DNA from: Candidatus Omnitrophota bacterium
GTDB taxonomy: Bacteria > Omnitrophota > Gorgyraeia > Zapsychrales > Fredricksoniimonadaceae
Length of the DNA: 64,000 nt
Direction of reading: 5' to 3'
Assembly: GCA_015233675.1 (NCBI GenBank)
Contig: JADFXH010000002.1
Coordinates: 206,794-270,793 of the forward strand
In this document: piece after piece, positions 46,314 to 55,593 of the stretch
How the letters are laid out: every line of letters begins with the position of its first letter
Position numbering within the stretch: the stretch's first letter is position 1
The notes under the pieces: model-generated
Seen by the model: the letters and a program-made list of their open reading frames with translations, nothing else
The model's database searches: none
What the model was told of the DNA's origin: nothing
Position numbers and translations under genes: made by a program

Positions 46314-47582
46314 ATGTTTAATCTAGAACCCCAGAAAATTGTACAAACTAATCGTCTGCCATTTTTAATAGGGCTCGCTGTCCTTGTGGCGGTGATGGGC
46401 GTGTTTATGTATAGGATTCAGATGAACCAGAAAGTGGCGATAGTGCAAAATAAACCCCGGCAGTCCATTGATATTTCTTCAAAGGCCCAGGAAGCAAGTT
46501 GGTTCAATGATGAAAAATTCAGAAACATAAAGATTATTCTTAAGGAGTCTTCCCTGCATAAGCCAACAGCACAGGAGATTGAGGCAAAGATTATTTCAAG
46601 CAGGGAGGTTGATTTAAAAAAACAGGAGATTGCAGATGAGTATGCGGCCAAACTGGAAATAAAAAAGATGGAGGATAAAAACAAAATTGAAGAAAAAAAG
46701 CTTGAGTTAGAAGCCATGAAGTCACCTTTGAGCATAGACATCCCATCCTTGCCGGGAACTAAAACAGTGGCTCAGGAGAAACAATCCGGCAAAGATAATT
46801 TAACAGGTAGTCTAAGTGAATTAATGAATATGGTTAAATCAGTTACAGGCGCCAAGATTCCTGCTCTCCCGGCGTTGGCAGGGGGCTTGGTTACAGGCAT
46901 AAACGATCAAGACGGGAAGCTGGCGTTCTTGAAAAAGGGTGAAGTGGATGATGATTATTTGGAACGTTCTAAAAAGAAACCCCGTTGCCCTTACGAAGTT
47001 AAGGCGGGCAGCTATATTCCCGCGGCCTTGATAACAGGGATCAATTCAGATTTGCCGGGGAGTGTGAATGCTCAAGTCACGGAGAATGTATATGATACAA
47101 CGACGGGCAATTATCTTTTAATCCCTCAGGGGGCCAAACTGGTCGGAGAATATAACAGTAATTTAACTTTTGGACAGAAGCGCGTACAGGTGGTATGGAA
47201 CAGAATCATATTTCCGGACGGCAAGAGTATTGATCTTGAAAAGATGCAAGGAGCGGACACAGCAGGCTATACGGGATTTCACGATAAGGTGGATAATCAC
47301 TATTTGAGGATTTATGGCAATGCGGCTTTGCTAAGCTTGATGGGGGCGGGATATGACATTTTAAATCGAAAGGCCGAGCAATCAACCGATCCCAGGGAGA
47401 CTGTCGCGGCAAGCGTCGGGCAAAAGTTATCGGATGTCAGCGGTCAGGCGCTCGAAAAGAATATGGATGTTCAGCCGACGCTAATCATTGATTCGGGGTA
47501 TAAATTCAAAATTATCGTTATGAAAGATATGGTTTTGGAAAATATTGAAGATGCTCAGGGAACACTCTCGTACACAAAATAA
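46314..47582 (+). CDS. trbI: T4SS TrbI/VirB10-like protein
   Basis: N-terminal TM. C-terminal GSYIPAALITGINSDLPGSVNAQV..LIPQGAKLVGEYNS..FGQKRVQVVWNRIIFPDG is the TrbI domain. Confidence 0.8.
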   Translation: MFNLEPQKIVQTNRLPFLIGLAVLVAVMGVFMYRIQMNQKVAIVQNKPRQSIDISSKAQEASWFNDEKFRNIKIILKESSLHKPTAQEIEAKIISSREVDLKKQEIADEYAAKLEIKKMEDKNKIEEKKLELEAMKSPLSIDIPSLPGTKTVAQEKQSGKDNLTGSLSELMNMVKSVTGAKIPALPALAGGLVTGINDQDGKLAFLKKGEVDDDYLERSKKKPRCPYEVKAGSYIPAALITGINSDLPGSVNAQVTENVYDTTTGNYLLIPQGAKLVGEYNSNLTFGQKRVQVVWNRIIFPDGKSIDLEKMQGADTAGYTGFHDKVDNHYLRIYGNAALLSLMGAGYDILNRKAEQSTDPRETVAASVGQKLSDVSGQALEKNMDVQPTLIIDSGYKFKIIVMKDMVLENIEDAQGTLSYTK

Positions 47583-48531
47583 ACTGAAACAAGATTTAGG
47601 AGAGCTTGTTTTATCAGCTCTTTTGGATGAAGAAATTTATGAGGTTTTACTTAATCCCGACGGTATTTTGTGGGTTGATGGTTATCGAGGCAAACGTGAA
47701 TATGGAGCGATGACTGCGTCGGCAGCCAAAAATCTGATCAATACGGTGGCCAGCGTTTCAGATGAAACAGTCACAAATAAGAATCCAAGTTTTGCGGGTG
47801 AGTTATGGGTTGAGATCAAAGAGGAACTTAGATTATTCCGGTTTCAGGCTTTTATCCCTCCGGTGGTGACGTATCCGGCTTTTGCTATCAGAAAACGTGC
47901 CATCCAAGTGATCCCTCTGCAAGATTACGTTAAAGATGAAATCATCACCCGAGATCAGGAAAGGATAATCGAAAAGTCAATTGAGCAAAGAATGTCCATT
48001 TTGGTTGTGGGGGGGACACAATCAGGTAAAACAACATTCTGTAACGCGATTTTAAATTGTATAGCCAAAACTCATCCGAATGACAGGGTGATCATTATTG
48101 AAGACACCCAGGAGCTTAAATGCGATGTTAAAGACTCGGTGATGATGCGCGCCTCGCCTTTCAGGAGCATCAATGATTTGATCTTTGATGCGATGCGCAT
48201 GAGGCCCGACAGGATCATTATCGGGGAGGTTCGCGGCAAAGAAGCCCATTCCATGATCAAGGCCTTCAATACCGGCCATCCCGGCGGGCTAAGCACCGTC
48301 CATGCAAACTCTGCCGCAAGCGGGCTTTTAAGACTGGAGCAATTGATTATGGAAGCAGGAGTGCCTCCCGTGCCTGAAGCCATTGCCGAAGCGGTCAACG
48401 TCCTTGTTTATATCCAAAAGACCAATAAGGGCAAAAAAGGCAGACAGGTGACTTCGATTGTAAAGCTGAATGGGTATGATAAAATAAAAGGATATCTGAC
48501 AGAAGAGTGGGGTAGATTGGTCATAAGATAA
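47551..48531 (+). CDS. trbB: T4SS ATPase TrbB/VirB11
   Basis: Walker A VGGTQSGKTT, RIIIGEVRG, HPGGLSTVHANSA. Overlaps the trbI end by about 32 nt. Confidence 0.85.
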   Translation: MLREHSRTQNKLKQDLGELVLSALLDEEIYEVLLNPDGILWVDGYRGKREYGAMTASAAKNLINTVASVSDETVTNKNPSFAGELWVEIKEELRLFRFQAFIPPVVTYPAFAIRKRAIQVIPLQDYVKDEIITRDQERIIEKSIEQRMSILVVGGTQSGKTTFCNAILNCIAKTHPNDRVIIIEDTQELKCDVKDSVMMRASPFRSINDLIFDAMRMRPDRIIIGEVRGKEAHSMIKAFNTGHPGGLSTVHANSAASGLLRLEQLIMEAGVPPVPEAIAEAVNVLVYIQKTNKGKKGRQVTSIVKLNGYDKIKGYLTEEWGRLVIR

Positions 48532-48579
48532 AAGGGTTTATGTATGGGCCGGTTTCCCTGAAGGCCAAATATTTCCTAG

Positions 48580-49620
48580 TCAACAGGTTTCTTCAAATCT
48601 ACCCTTCCCTTGACAGGTCGCTTTGCCCTTGTCATCTCTTGAGAGGGTTATTTTATCGAGAAACGTGCCATTTTTGAGATGAGCGCTTATTGAAAAACTC
48701 CTGCTTTTATCCGCTGGTTTCGTATTGAACTGATAATCAAAAGATTTTGTAGAAGATAAATCCATACGGCCGCAAGAAGACTCTTGCCCAGGATGTCTGT
48801 AGAAGCACGTTTCTATATTACTCTTGAACACGCCTAACTGACTGAGCGCTTCCATCGATTCTGAATGTAACGAAAGTTTTGGTGGATTTATAAGCAAGTA
48901 GATGCCTGAGCCTAATAACAGCACGGTATAGGAAATAATGTTCATTATTAAAGCTGCCCTGCCGATTTTTTGTCCTTTATCCGGATACATACGGGCTATA
49001 ACATTTCCTTCCACTATGACAGAAGCTATAAAGACAAAGCATACCAAAAGGATAGCAAACGGAATACTTGCGGGGAAAAAATCATTATTTCCTGAACATA
49101 TCGGAATGACACTTGCTAGCCCGCCGACAACAACACCTATGGCGATAAATGTGCTTTGACATAAACCTTTTCGTTGCGCAAAGTTTTCCAGAAAACCGGT
49201 TCTGCTGGCAAAAACTTTAAATGACTTGTGTAACAAAATAATGGCTATTGACCAGCAGGGGATAAAAAGTAGTATTGTCAATGGAGTCAGAAAGAAAACT
49301 AGCCAACAACCAAGAAGAGTTGAAAATGCGTTTGCCAGAAATGATGCCCAGAAGGCCTGAATATAACCTAAATTCAGGGCCCTTCTTAAGACCAATCCTT
49401 CAATTACAGTGACGGTGATTAAACTTAATCCGCACGTCATCACTGCAAATGCGATAGGGAATAGCATCACCACCAAGACAGGGATGCCAAAATTAGCCTC
49501 GGCTACTTGACTAAAGAAAAGCAAGAAGAATAGCGCCAACGGGATTAAAAATATTTGCTGAAAGTCATCATTGCTGCGCCTCGGTTCTTTGCCGGAGGTT
49601 TCGGGATGGGTTCTAGTCAT
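48580..49620 (-). CDS. Polytopic membrane protein with Cys-containing soluble C-terminal domain
   Basis: 346 aa. About 8 TM, then a ~100-aa hydrophilic domain with 4 Cys. Overlaps the upstream gene by 4 nt. Confidence 0.55.
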   Translation of the reverse strand: MTRTHPETSGKEPRRSNDDFQQIFLIPLALFFLLFFSQVAEANFGIPVLVVMLFPIAFAVMTCGLSLITVTVIEGLVLRRALNLGYIQAFWASFLANAFSTLLGCWLVFFLTPLTILLFIPCWSIAIILLHKSFKVFASRTGFLENFAQRKGLCQSTFIAIGVVVGGLASVIPICSGNNDFFPASIPFAILLVCFVFIASVIVEGNVIARMYPDKGQKIGRAALIMNIISYTVLLLGSGIYLLINPPKLSLHSESMEALSQLGVFKSNIETCFYRHPGQESSCGRMDLSSTKSFDYQFNTKPADKSRSFSISAHLKNGTFLDKITLSRDDKGKATCQGKGRFEETC

Positions 49621-51176
49621 TGTCCTGTTTTCCTTTCGTGGGCGTTAGGTGGTGTTGTGACGGGAAGCTTTCTCGTAAGGAGAATAAGCAAAACAACCGC
49701 GGGAAGCAATCGACAGGTAAAAATCCCTCCCCCCGTTAACAAGATTTCTCTATTAATGAGATGATGAGCCATTAGCGCCCGAAGGATCAGTCCAAAAACA
49801 ATGAGTGCTCCTGACAGCCGAAAGATCTGTGGATAAAATTTTTTTTGATCATGTCTTGTCCCTAACCTCGCATGATTGATGTGTGCATGTGTCAGGTTGA
49901 CTAATAATTGAACCCATAGGCCGGGCGAGCATAATTCAACAATAAAAATTACAATGAGGCCCCAGGAGGGGACAAGGGCCGTTGAGTATTGAATAAACAG
50001 GTGCGGGCGAAGGAAGATAAAAAGGCAAGGCAGGTAATTGAACCAGGTTTGAATAATATATGCAGGGATGCCCAATACATAATCCGGCCGGGAGATATAT
50101 TCTCCTATGGCGTTACCAACATTAACGATATCAAGGATCGCAATAAAACCAAAGCTTAAATAAAAGGACCTCATCAGTGAGGGATGCCGCTCTTTTGTCC
50201 AGTAGTTGGCAATTAACATGACACAGATAATGAATATGATGATCGTTGAACAGACGAAAGGCGCTAATACATGGCATAGATTTAACATAAAAAAGACAAC
50301 AGCGCTCACAAAAAATATCAGGGACAGAGACCGTTTATTCGGGTAAGGGCATAAAAGCAGGTTCAATACAAGAAAAAGTCCCAGCCCGGCAAAAATTTTC
50401 CCGTAATGGAATTTTAATGCTGTTAACTTTACTGGTTGTCCAGGAATTCCCTCTGTTTGCCGACACCAGTGGATTGTTTCTGCTAAAGTGTTATAGTCAA
50501 ACACCTCAATTTGGTGGTTGGCAGTCGGTGAGAGGAAAAGACGGCTAGCCTGTTGGTCAAAAGAACTATGGATTGGGGGCATCATCTGCCTCATTTCTGA
50601 TGGCGGATGCAGTTGGTCATAAAGGCCGGCACTGAATAAGAAACGGTTTTGCCAAGCAATCGTCCTATCGGTGTTCATGCCAAGGCAGATGACAGGGTGA
50701 ATATTCGGATCGTTAAGTCCAGCCAAAATGACCGCAGATCCCCCCATCGAATGTCCGACTATTCCAATGGCAGCATCTGCGGGATTGGGCCATTGTTTGC
50801 GTAAGAAAGACACGGCTGCCAGCACATCTTTCGCATTGCCCCCTTGCGATGCCGCTCGGTGGTATGATTCCGCATATCCCCCTATATCAAACGTGAGCAC
50901 CATAAGGCCGTTATCGGCCAATGTTTGTGCCATGAGGTCCATGTATTCTTTGTTCCAAATAACGCCATGGACCAGGACGATGCCTAAATTAGATTTATTC
51001 TTTGGGAGGTAAAGTTTGCCTTGGAGAGTCGCCCCGGGTGATGGAGCTGAGAATTTAACATATGTCTTTGAAACTTCGCTGGGGGAAGAAAGTATAAGAA
51101 ATAAGCCGGTGATCAAAGTTAAAAAAGAAAAAAAGTATGCATATTGTTTCCTCATGGGGAATGCGCTTTTAAACAA
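49617..51176 (-). CDS. Fusion of exported alpha/beta hydrolase domain and polytopic membrane domain
   Basis: N-terminal anchor. Hydrolase motifs LVHGV.., nucleophile elbow VGHSMGGS. Then about 8 TM. The start may be ATG 51155 rather than TTG 51176. Confidence 0.65.
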   Translation of the reverse strand: MFKSAFPMRKQYAYFFSFLTLITGLFLILSSPSEVSKTYVKFSAPSPGATLQGKLYLPKNKSNLGIVLVHGVIWNKEYMDLMAQTLADNGLMVLTFDIGGYAESYHRAASQGGNAKDVLAAVSFLRKQWPNPADAAIGIVGHSMGGSAVILAGLNDPNIHPVICLGMNTDRTIAWQNRFLFSAGLYDQLHPPSEMRQMMPPIHSSFDQQASRLFLSPTANHQIEVFDYNTLAETIHWCRQTEGIPGQPVKLTALKFHYGKIFAGLGLFLVLNLLLCPYPNKRSLSLIFFVSAVVFFMLNLCHVLAPFVCSTIIIFIICVMLIANYWTKERHPSLMRSFYLSFGFIAILDIVNVGNAIGEYISRPDYVLGIPAYIIQTWFNYLPCLFIFLRPHLFIQYSTALVPSWGLIVIFIVELCSPGLWVQLLVNLTHAHINHARLGTRHDQKKFYPQIFRLSGALIVFGLILRALMAHHLINREILLTGGGIFTCRLLPAVVLLILLTRKLPVTTPPNAHERKTGQ

Positions 51177-51400
51177 TGGTTGATGTTCGTCAATAATCTT
51201 AATTTAATGTAGCTTCGGCCGCAATATTTTTTGCATTAAATTGTAAGGAAGAGGACAGTGGAAGGGGCCATGCTCCTCAAATCAGGATCCGATGATCTAA
51301 GAAACGCGGATTTCCAAGAGATTACCTGATATGCATCATCCTTCCAATAAAATTTCTTGATAATTCTTAAACATTTCTCTGAATCTGGTAGAATAAAATA

Positions 51401-52447
51401 ATGGACTACAAAAAGCTATTTGATCAGTACTTATTACTGGTCAACCGTTTTGTCCCCAAACCCCAAGCTGGGCCGGTTATCGGCATTGATATCGGAACCT
51501 CATCAATTAAGGCCGTGGAATTAGGGCAAGTCGCCGGAGGGCTTGAAATCCGTCATTGGGCCATTGAACCTTTGGTTGGAACTGACACCAAAAGCGCCCT
51601 AAAAAAAATCAGCGATCGCCTGCATTTAAATAGTCAGCTTTTGGTTTCCTCAGTTTTTGGCAAGGGGACATTGATCCGTTATGTGGATTTGCCCCGTATG
51701 TCTTTGGAAGATTTGCGCAAAGCATATATTTTTGATTTGGATAAATATTTTCCTTTTGATCCCAAAAGTATTTACACGGATTGTGCTATTTTAGATCCCG
51801 AAGGTAAAGATAAAAAGATGTCAGTGTTGCTGGCGGCTGTCAAAAGAGAAATAGTTGATGAACGCTTGAAATTGTTTAGAGAAGCGGGGCTTGATCTAAG
51901 CCGTGTGATGATCAATTCAATCGCGACCGCCAATGCTTTTAGCAGCCTGGGCCCCAAGGTCAATGCGTCAGGGAAAGCAAAGGCTGTGTTGGATATCGGC
52001 GGATCGACGTCTTGTATCATGATCTTTAAAGATTTTTCTCCGCGCTTCACGAGAGACATATTTGTCGGAAGTCAGGAGTTGACCAGGAAAATTGCTAATG
52101 CTTTGGCGGTCGATGCGCTTCAGGCTGAGAGCATCAAGCGTCAACCTGGTGAGAAATTAGCCCAAGTTATCGAAGCTTGTGAGATGCCGATTAATAATTT
52201 GATTACCGAGATCCGCTTATCGATGGATTATTTTATGACAGAAAAAAATATCCAGGTTGATGAGCTTTTTTTAGGAGGGGGCGGTTCATTGTTAAAAGGC
52301 ATTGAAGGCGTGTTTGAAAAAAATTTAGGGATGCCGGTTAAAATTTGGAATCCTTTGGTGAATGCGCGCCTGAAGTCTCCGGCAGCATCCGGGGAAATTC
52401 AAACTTATGCCGCACAATTCGGGGTGGCCTTAGGGTTAGGATTATAG
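51401..52447 (+). CDS. pilM: Type IV pilus assembly ATPase-fold protein PilM
   Basis: Actin-like IGIDIGTSSIKAVEL, LDIGGSTS, GGGS motifs. 348 aa. Confidence 0.88.
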   Translation: MDYKKLFDQYLLLVNRFVPKPQAGPVIGIDIGTSSIKAVELGQVAGGLEIRHWAIEPLVGTDTKSALKKISDRLHLNSQLLVSSVFGKGTLIRYVDLPRMSLEDLRKAYIFDLDKYFPFDPKSIYTDCAILDPEGKDKKMSVLLAAVKREIVDERLKLFREAGLDLSRVMINSIATANAFSSLGPKVNASGKAKAVLDIGGSTSCIMIFKDFSPRFTRDIFVGSQELTRKIANALAVDALQAESIKRQPGEKLAQVIEACEMPINNLITEIRLSMDYFMTEKNIQVDELFLGGGGSLLKGIEGVFEKNLGMPVKIWNPLVNARLKSPAASGEIQTYAAQFGVALGLGL

Positions 52448-53035
52448 ATGATGATTGACATTAATTTAATTCCAGCGGCTTTAAGAAAAAATGGCAAAGG
52501 AAATGTAAATTCTTTGACAATCAATATCCCCCATGAAATTTTTTTAGGAGTGGGGTCAGCTCTGGTTTTACTGATGCTGACGGCACATCTTTCTTTAGGC
52601 GCTATATGGTTGGCAGGGATAAGTCGTCTATCAGGTTATAGGGCAAATTGGCAGAAGGTGTTGCCTGATAAGACCGAATTGGATTCCATGAATAAGGAGT
52701 CCGTGGATTTGAAAAAGAAGATCAGGATGATTTCTGATATGACAACTAAAAAATCAGTGTTATGGGCCCCCAAATTCAATGCTATCAGTGACGATTTGCC
52801 CAAAGGGCTTTGGATTAGAAAAATGGTCCTGGATAAATCTGCTCTGACGATAGAAGGCAGTGTGGTTTCCAAGAATCAGAATGAAATTAATAATGTGGGG
52901 CTTTTTTTATCAACTTTAAAACAGAATGACAGTTTTATGAAAGATTTTTCTTCGCTGGAGGTCAATTCCATCCAGAGGGGGAATAATAATGCTGTTGATG
53001 TCACTGATTTTAGAGTCATGGCAAAGTTAAAATGA
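52448..53035 (+). CDS. pilN: Type IV pilus assembly protein PilN
   Basis: IDINLIP N-terminus followed by a single TM. Position after pilM. Confidence 0.8.
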   Translation: MMIDINLIPAALRKNGKGNVNSLTINIPHEIFLGVGSALVLLMLTAHLSLGAIWLAGISRLSGYRANWQKVLPDKTELDSMNKESVDLKKKIRMISDMTTKKSVLWAPKFNAISDDLPKGLWIRKMVLDKSALTIEGSVVSKNQNEINNVGLFLSTLKQNDSFMKDFSSLEVNSIQRGNNNAVDVTDFRVMAKLK

Positions 53036-53649
53036 AACCGGATTTAAGCAAAATTCTTGAATACTTCAATAATTTAAACGAACAGGCGCGTTATTGCGTA
53101 TTGGCAGGCGTGGTCTTTTTGATTATTTTGCTGGATGTGTTTTTTCTGGTCTTGCCTCAAATGGGGGGCATTGCCGATATTAATGGCCAGATAAGAAAAT
53201 TGTCTGAAGATACCCAGCAGGTTCTGGCTGACAAACAGCGCCTTGACCTGCTTAGAAAGAATCTCCAGAAGGAGAGGATGCAACTAAGGTCCCTTAGCGG
53301 CAAGGTGCGCCTCTTTCAGGAGGTCCCGGCTATTCTTTCTACCATTTCCAGTACTGCTAAGGAATACGGTGTTAAAATCGACGAGTTGGTGCCGGACTAT
53401 ACTAAAAAGGAAGTTTTAACAACGGCCCCGGATGGCAAATATTATGCGCTTCCTGTTATGCTCAAGGCCCGTTGCGGATATCATATGTTTGGGCGTTTTT
53501 TTAATAAATTGGAAAATGAAGATTTATATTTTATTTTAAAGGATTTCATTATTCAAAATGATGAGAAAGCCTCCAATAAACATTTATTTTATTTGACCGT
53601 TAAAATTGTTTTGGTGGACCGGTCATTGGCTCAATTTAAAAATTTATGA
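53032..53649 (+). CDS. pilO: Type IV pilus assembly protein PilO
   Basis: Single TM, coiled coil, then a ferredoxin-like C-terminal domain. ATGA overlap with pilN. Confidence 0.7.
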   Translation: MKPDLSKILEYFNNLNEQARYCVLAGVVFLIILLDVFFLVLPQMGGIADINGQIRKLSEDTQQVLADKQRLDLLRKNLQKERMQLRSLSGKVRLFQEVPAILSTISSTAKEYGVKIDELVPDYTKKEVLTTAPDGKYYALPVMLKARCGYHMFGRFFNKLENEDLYFILKDFIIQNDEKASNKHLFYLTVKIVLVDRSLAQFKNL

Positions 53650-53990
53650 GAACTCTTGTTTTTGTGTTAACATTATTTTTTGTAAATTCAGTTTATGCCC
53701 AGCAAAGTTTTGTGTATGATGATCATGGGAAACGTGATCCTTTTGTGCCTTTAGTATCTTCAGCAGGGATGGTGGTTACTTATGATGAAGACCTATCGGT
53801 CAATGACTTGGTCCTGGAAGGGATTGTGGCGGACGCATCAGGGAATAATATTGCCATTGTCAACGGCAAGATTGTCAAGGCCCGGGATCAGGTTGGTTCC
53901 TATGTTGTAGATGTCATTGCAGTGGATCATGTGGAATTTTTAAAGGGGACCGAAAGATTTATATTGAAACTTAAAAAATCGGCTTTCTGA
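53646..53990 (+). CDS. pilP: PilP-like pilus assembly protein
   Basis: Signal peptide, KRDPFVPL motif, LVLEGIV...AIVNGKIVKARDQVG beta domain. Confidence 0.65.
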   Translation: MRTLVFVLTLFFVNSVYAQQSFVYDDHGKRDPFVPLVSSAGMVVTYDEDLSVNDLVLEGIVADASGNNIAIVNGKIVKARDQVGSYVVDVIAVDHVEFLKGTERFILKLKKSAF

Positions 53991-54060
53991 TACAGTTGTG
54001 AAGCAACCGGTACATCTCTGGAATATTTTAAAAGCATGTCTAAAGAAGGGGAGGTTTGTA

Positions 54061-55473
54061 ATGTTTAAGCGCGCAACCAGCTTAGTCATTTTGATGATGG
54101 TCGCAGCTTTTGTGCCGGCTCTCCGGGCTGCTATGCCGACGGAACCCGGCAGTTCAACGGCGCAGCCGGCTCAATCTAATTTGTCCCCGCAAGCAGGGCT
54201 TGTTAGTTTGGATTTTCAGGATGCAGATATCAGGAATGTGTTAAAAGTACTTGCCTTTAAAAGCGGTGTGAATATTGTGGCAGCGCCCGATGTGACCGGT
54301 GTGGTTAATATTGAATTAAAAGACGTGCCCTGGCAGAAGGCGTTGGATGTGATCCTGTCTACTTATGGGTATGGTTTTGACCGCAAGGATAACATCATTA
54401 CGGTGATGACTGTTGAAAATTTGAAAAAGTATCGTGAGAATTCTTTGAGCCTGCAGAGTCAGGAGCCGCTGATTTCCAGAACGTTCCCTCTTAATTTTGC
54501 CAAGGCCGAAGAGGTGATGAAGATCATAGATAAATTGATAAATAAACGGGGATTTATTAATTTTGACGCGCGGACTAATTCGATTATCGTTCGGGATTTA
54601 GAAAGCAATCTGGATCTGATAGCCGGTGTCATCAAGTCTATTGATACTGTTACCCCTCAGGTGATGATTGAAACCAAGATCGTGGAAACGGATTTAAACA
54701 ATACTGAAAATTTGGGCGTTGATTGGGTATTGCAGGCAAGCATTTCAGGTTCTCAGAAACCAACAATTTTTCCTTTTTCGGGAATAACTGGAGGACTGTT
54801 GGGCTCCTCAACATTTTATCCAACCTCCAATGCCACTTTATCAGCAGCTAGTGCTCCGGCCTTAACTTCATCATCAAATCCCAATGGTTTTACTTATGGG
54901 ACAATCAATGCTACACAGCTTCAGGCAACCTTGCAAATTTTGAGCACTCGTTCTACGACAAAAATACTTTCGAACCCGCGTATCGTGACATTGGACAATC
55001 AAAAGGCCAAGATCAACATCGGTCTGGAATATCCGGAGGCGACATATTCTTTTAACTCGAGTACGGGACAGCAACAAGTTACCGGTTTTACTCAATTACC
55101 TATTGGTGTTAATTTTGAGGTTACACCACATGTGAACAATGCAGGATTGATAACATTGGATTTGCATCCGCAGATTTCGGCGCTTAAGGGAACGATTTCG
55201 GTTGATAACAATCAATTGCCCGAAACGACCAATCAAGAGGCTGAAACCAATGTGATGGTGGAAGACGGCAAAACTTTAGTCATCGGTGGTTTGATCACGG
55301 ATCAGACGAATGTCACCAAGACAAAGGTCCCTGTGCTGGGAGACATTCCCTGGCTGGGGGATCTTCTATTTAAGAGCACCAATACCGTGAAGACCCGGTC
55401 AGAAGTGCTCATCTTTATGACGCCGCACATCATTACGGTTGGTAAAAATTCTGCTTCAAAAACAGTCCAATAG
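54061..55473 (+). CDS. pilQ: Type IV pilus secretin PilQ
   Basis: ATG 54061 follows the strong RBS GGGGAGG. Signal peptide. Secretin C-terminus VPVLGDIPWLGDLLFKS...VLIFMTPHII. Confidence 0.88.
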   Translation: MFKRATSLVILMMVAAFVPALRAAMPTEPGSSTAQPAQSNLSPQAGLVSLDFQDADIRNVLKVLAFKSGVNIVAAPDVTGVVNIELKDVPWQKALDVILSTYGYGFDRKDNIITVMTVENLKKYRENSLSLQSQEPLISRTFPLNFAKAEEVMKIIDKLINKRGFINFDARTNSIIVRDLESNLDLIAGVIKSIDTVTPQVMIETKIVETDLNNTENLGVDWVLQASISGSQKPTIFPFSGITGGLLGSSTFYPTSNATLSAASAPALTSSSNPNGFTYGTINATQLQATLQILSTRSTTKILSNPRIVTLDNQKAKINIGLEYPEATYSFNSSTGQQQVTGFTQLPIGVNFEVTPHVNNAGLITLDLHPQISALKGTISVDNNQLPETTNQEAETNVMVEDGKTLVIGGLITDQTNVTKTKVPVLGDIPWLGDLLFKSTNTVKTRSEVLIFMTPHIITVGKNSASKTVQ

Positions 55474-55593
55474 TTTTCATCCTGCGTGTAAAGGGATCAT
55501 TATCTAAACACGTTAAACTCCTGCTTTGCTATTAGCGTTAAAACAGTGCCGTATTTTGCTAAGGCAGGTGGGGGCACAAAAGGAGAAAAAACT

